Below are positions 63,575 to 64,000 of a stretch of DNA of 64,000 bases, piece by piece. A model generated the notes under the pieces. That model had not been told where the DNA came from. It worked only from the letters and a program-made list of their open reading frames with translations, and did no database searches. Both the position numbers and the translations under genes were made by a program. This DNA comes from Amoebidium appalachense (taxonomy: Eukaryota; Protista; Ichthyosporea). Every line of letters starts with the position of its first letter. Position 1 is the first letter of the stretch. The DNA is taken from positions 7,284,454-7,348,453 of the forward strand of contig CAVNZM010000002.1 in the NCBI GenBank assembly GCA_963693365.1, in the 5' to 3' direction.

Positions 63575-64000
63575 TACACACACTCATCAGCGCACGCGCA
63601 CAAACACGCACACATGCACGACACATCGTCACGCCTGCACGCACAGCGTACGCACACGCACAGTGGCGGCACAAACAGCACACATGCACACATTCCCACA
63701 CAAAAGATTATATATCTTCGTGAAATGCCGCTTGGCTATTAACGAAAACGCAATGAGGACCTGTTAGGGCAAAGGGAGGAATTGGGGGGAGGGGGAGGGG
63801 GAGGGGGGAGCAGGGGGAGAAGGGGGGGGGGGGGGGGGGGGGGGGGGGAGAAGGGGGGCAGAAGAAGAGGATGGAGGGAAGGGGAAAAGGGGGTGGGTGG
63901 GAGGGGGGGGGGGGGGGGGGGGGGCGGGGGAGGCCCGGGGGGAGGGGGGAGGCCTGGCGGAGGGGCCCGGGATAGTGGGGCCGGGGGGGGGGGGGGGATG

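Overview
Eukaryotic, repeat-rich genomic DNA with spliceosomal introns and very abundant (CA)n, (CT)n and poly-G/C tracts. The style suggests a unicellular opisthokont or early-diverging fungus, which is an inference only. Almost all ORFs in the supplied track are translations of microsatellites. Supported genes: first exon of a PP2C phosphatase (-), a secreted ricin-B lectin/FN3-like protein (-), a 4-exon FAR-17a/AIG1-like membrane protein (+), an intronless four-finger C2H2 transcription factor (-), an 8-exon NC2alpha/DRAP1 gene with an AT-hook and Pro/Gln tail (+), and a frameshifted divergent GATA-finger gene (-). Mobile DNA: two near-identical copies of an APE-RT LINE that share 198 bp beyond their poly-A, a Ty3/gypsy relic with LTR and PPT, two copies of a MITE with 3-bp ANT target duplications (one inserted in a 119-bp hairpin tandem array), a 2.4-kb THAP-encoding P-element-like transposon with an 8-bp TSD, two copies of a tRNA-headed SINE with TSDs, and a 263-bp MITE. 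No prokaryote-type system (CRISPR, operon) is present. The most notable observations are the microsatellite-defined splice acceptors, the shared LINE 3' flank, and the P-like and Pangu-like elements.
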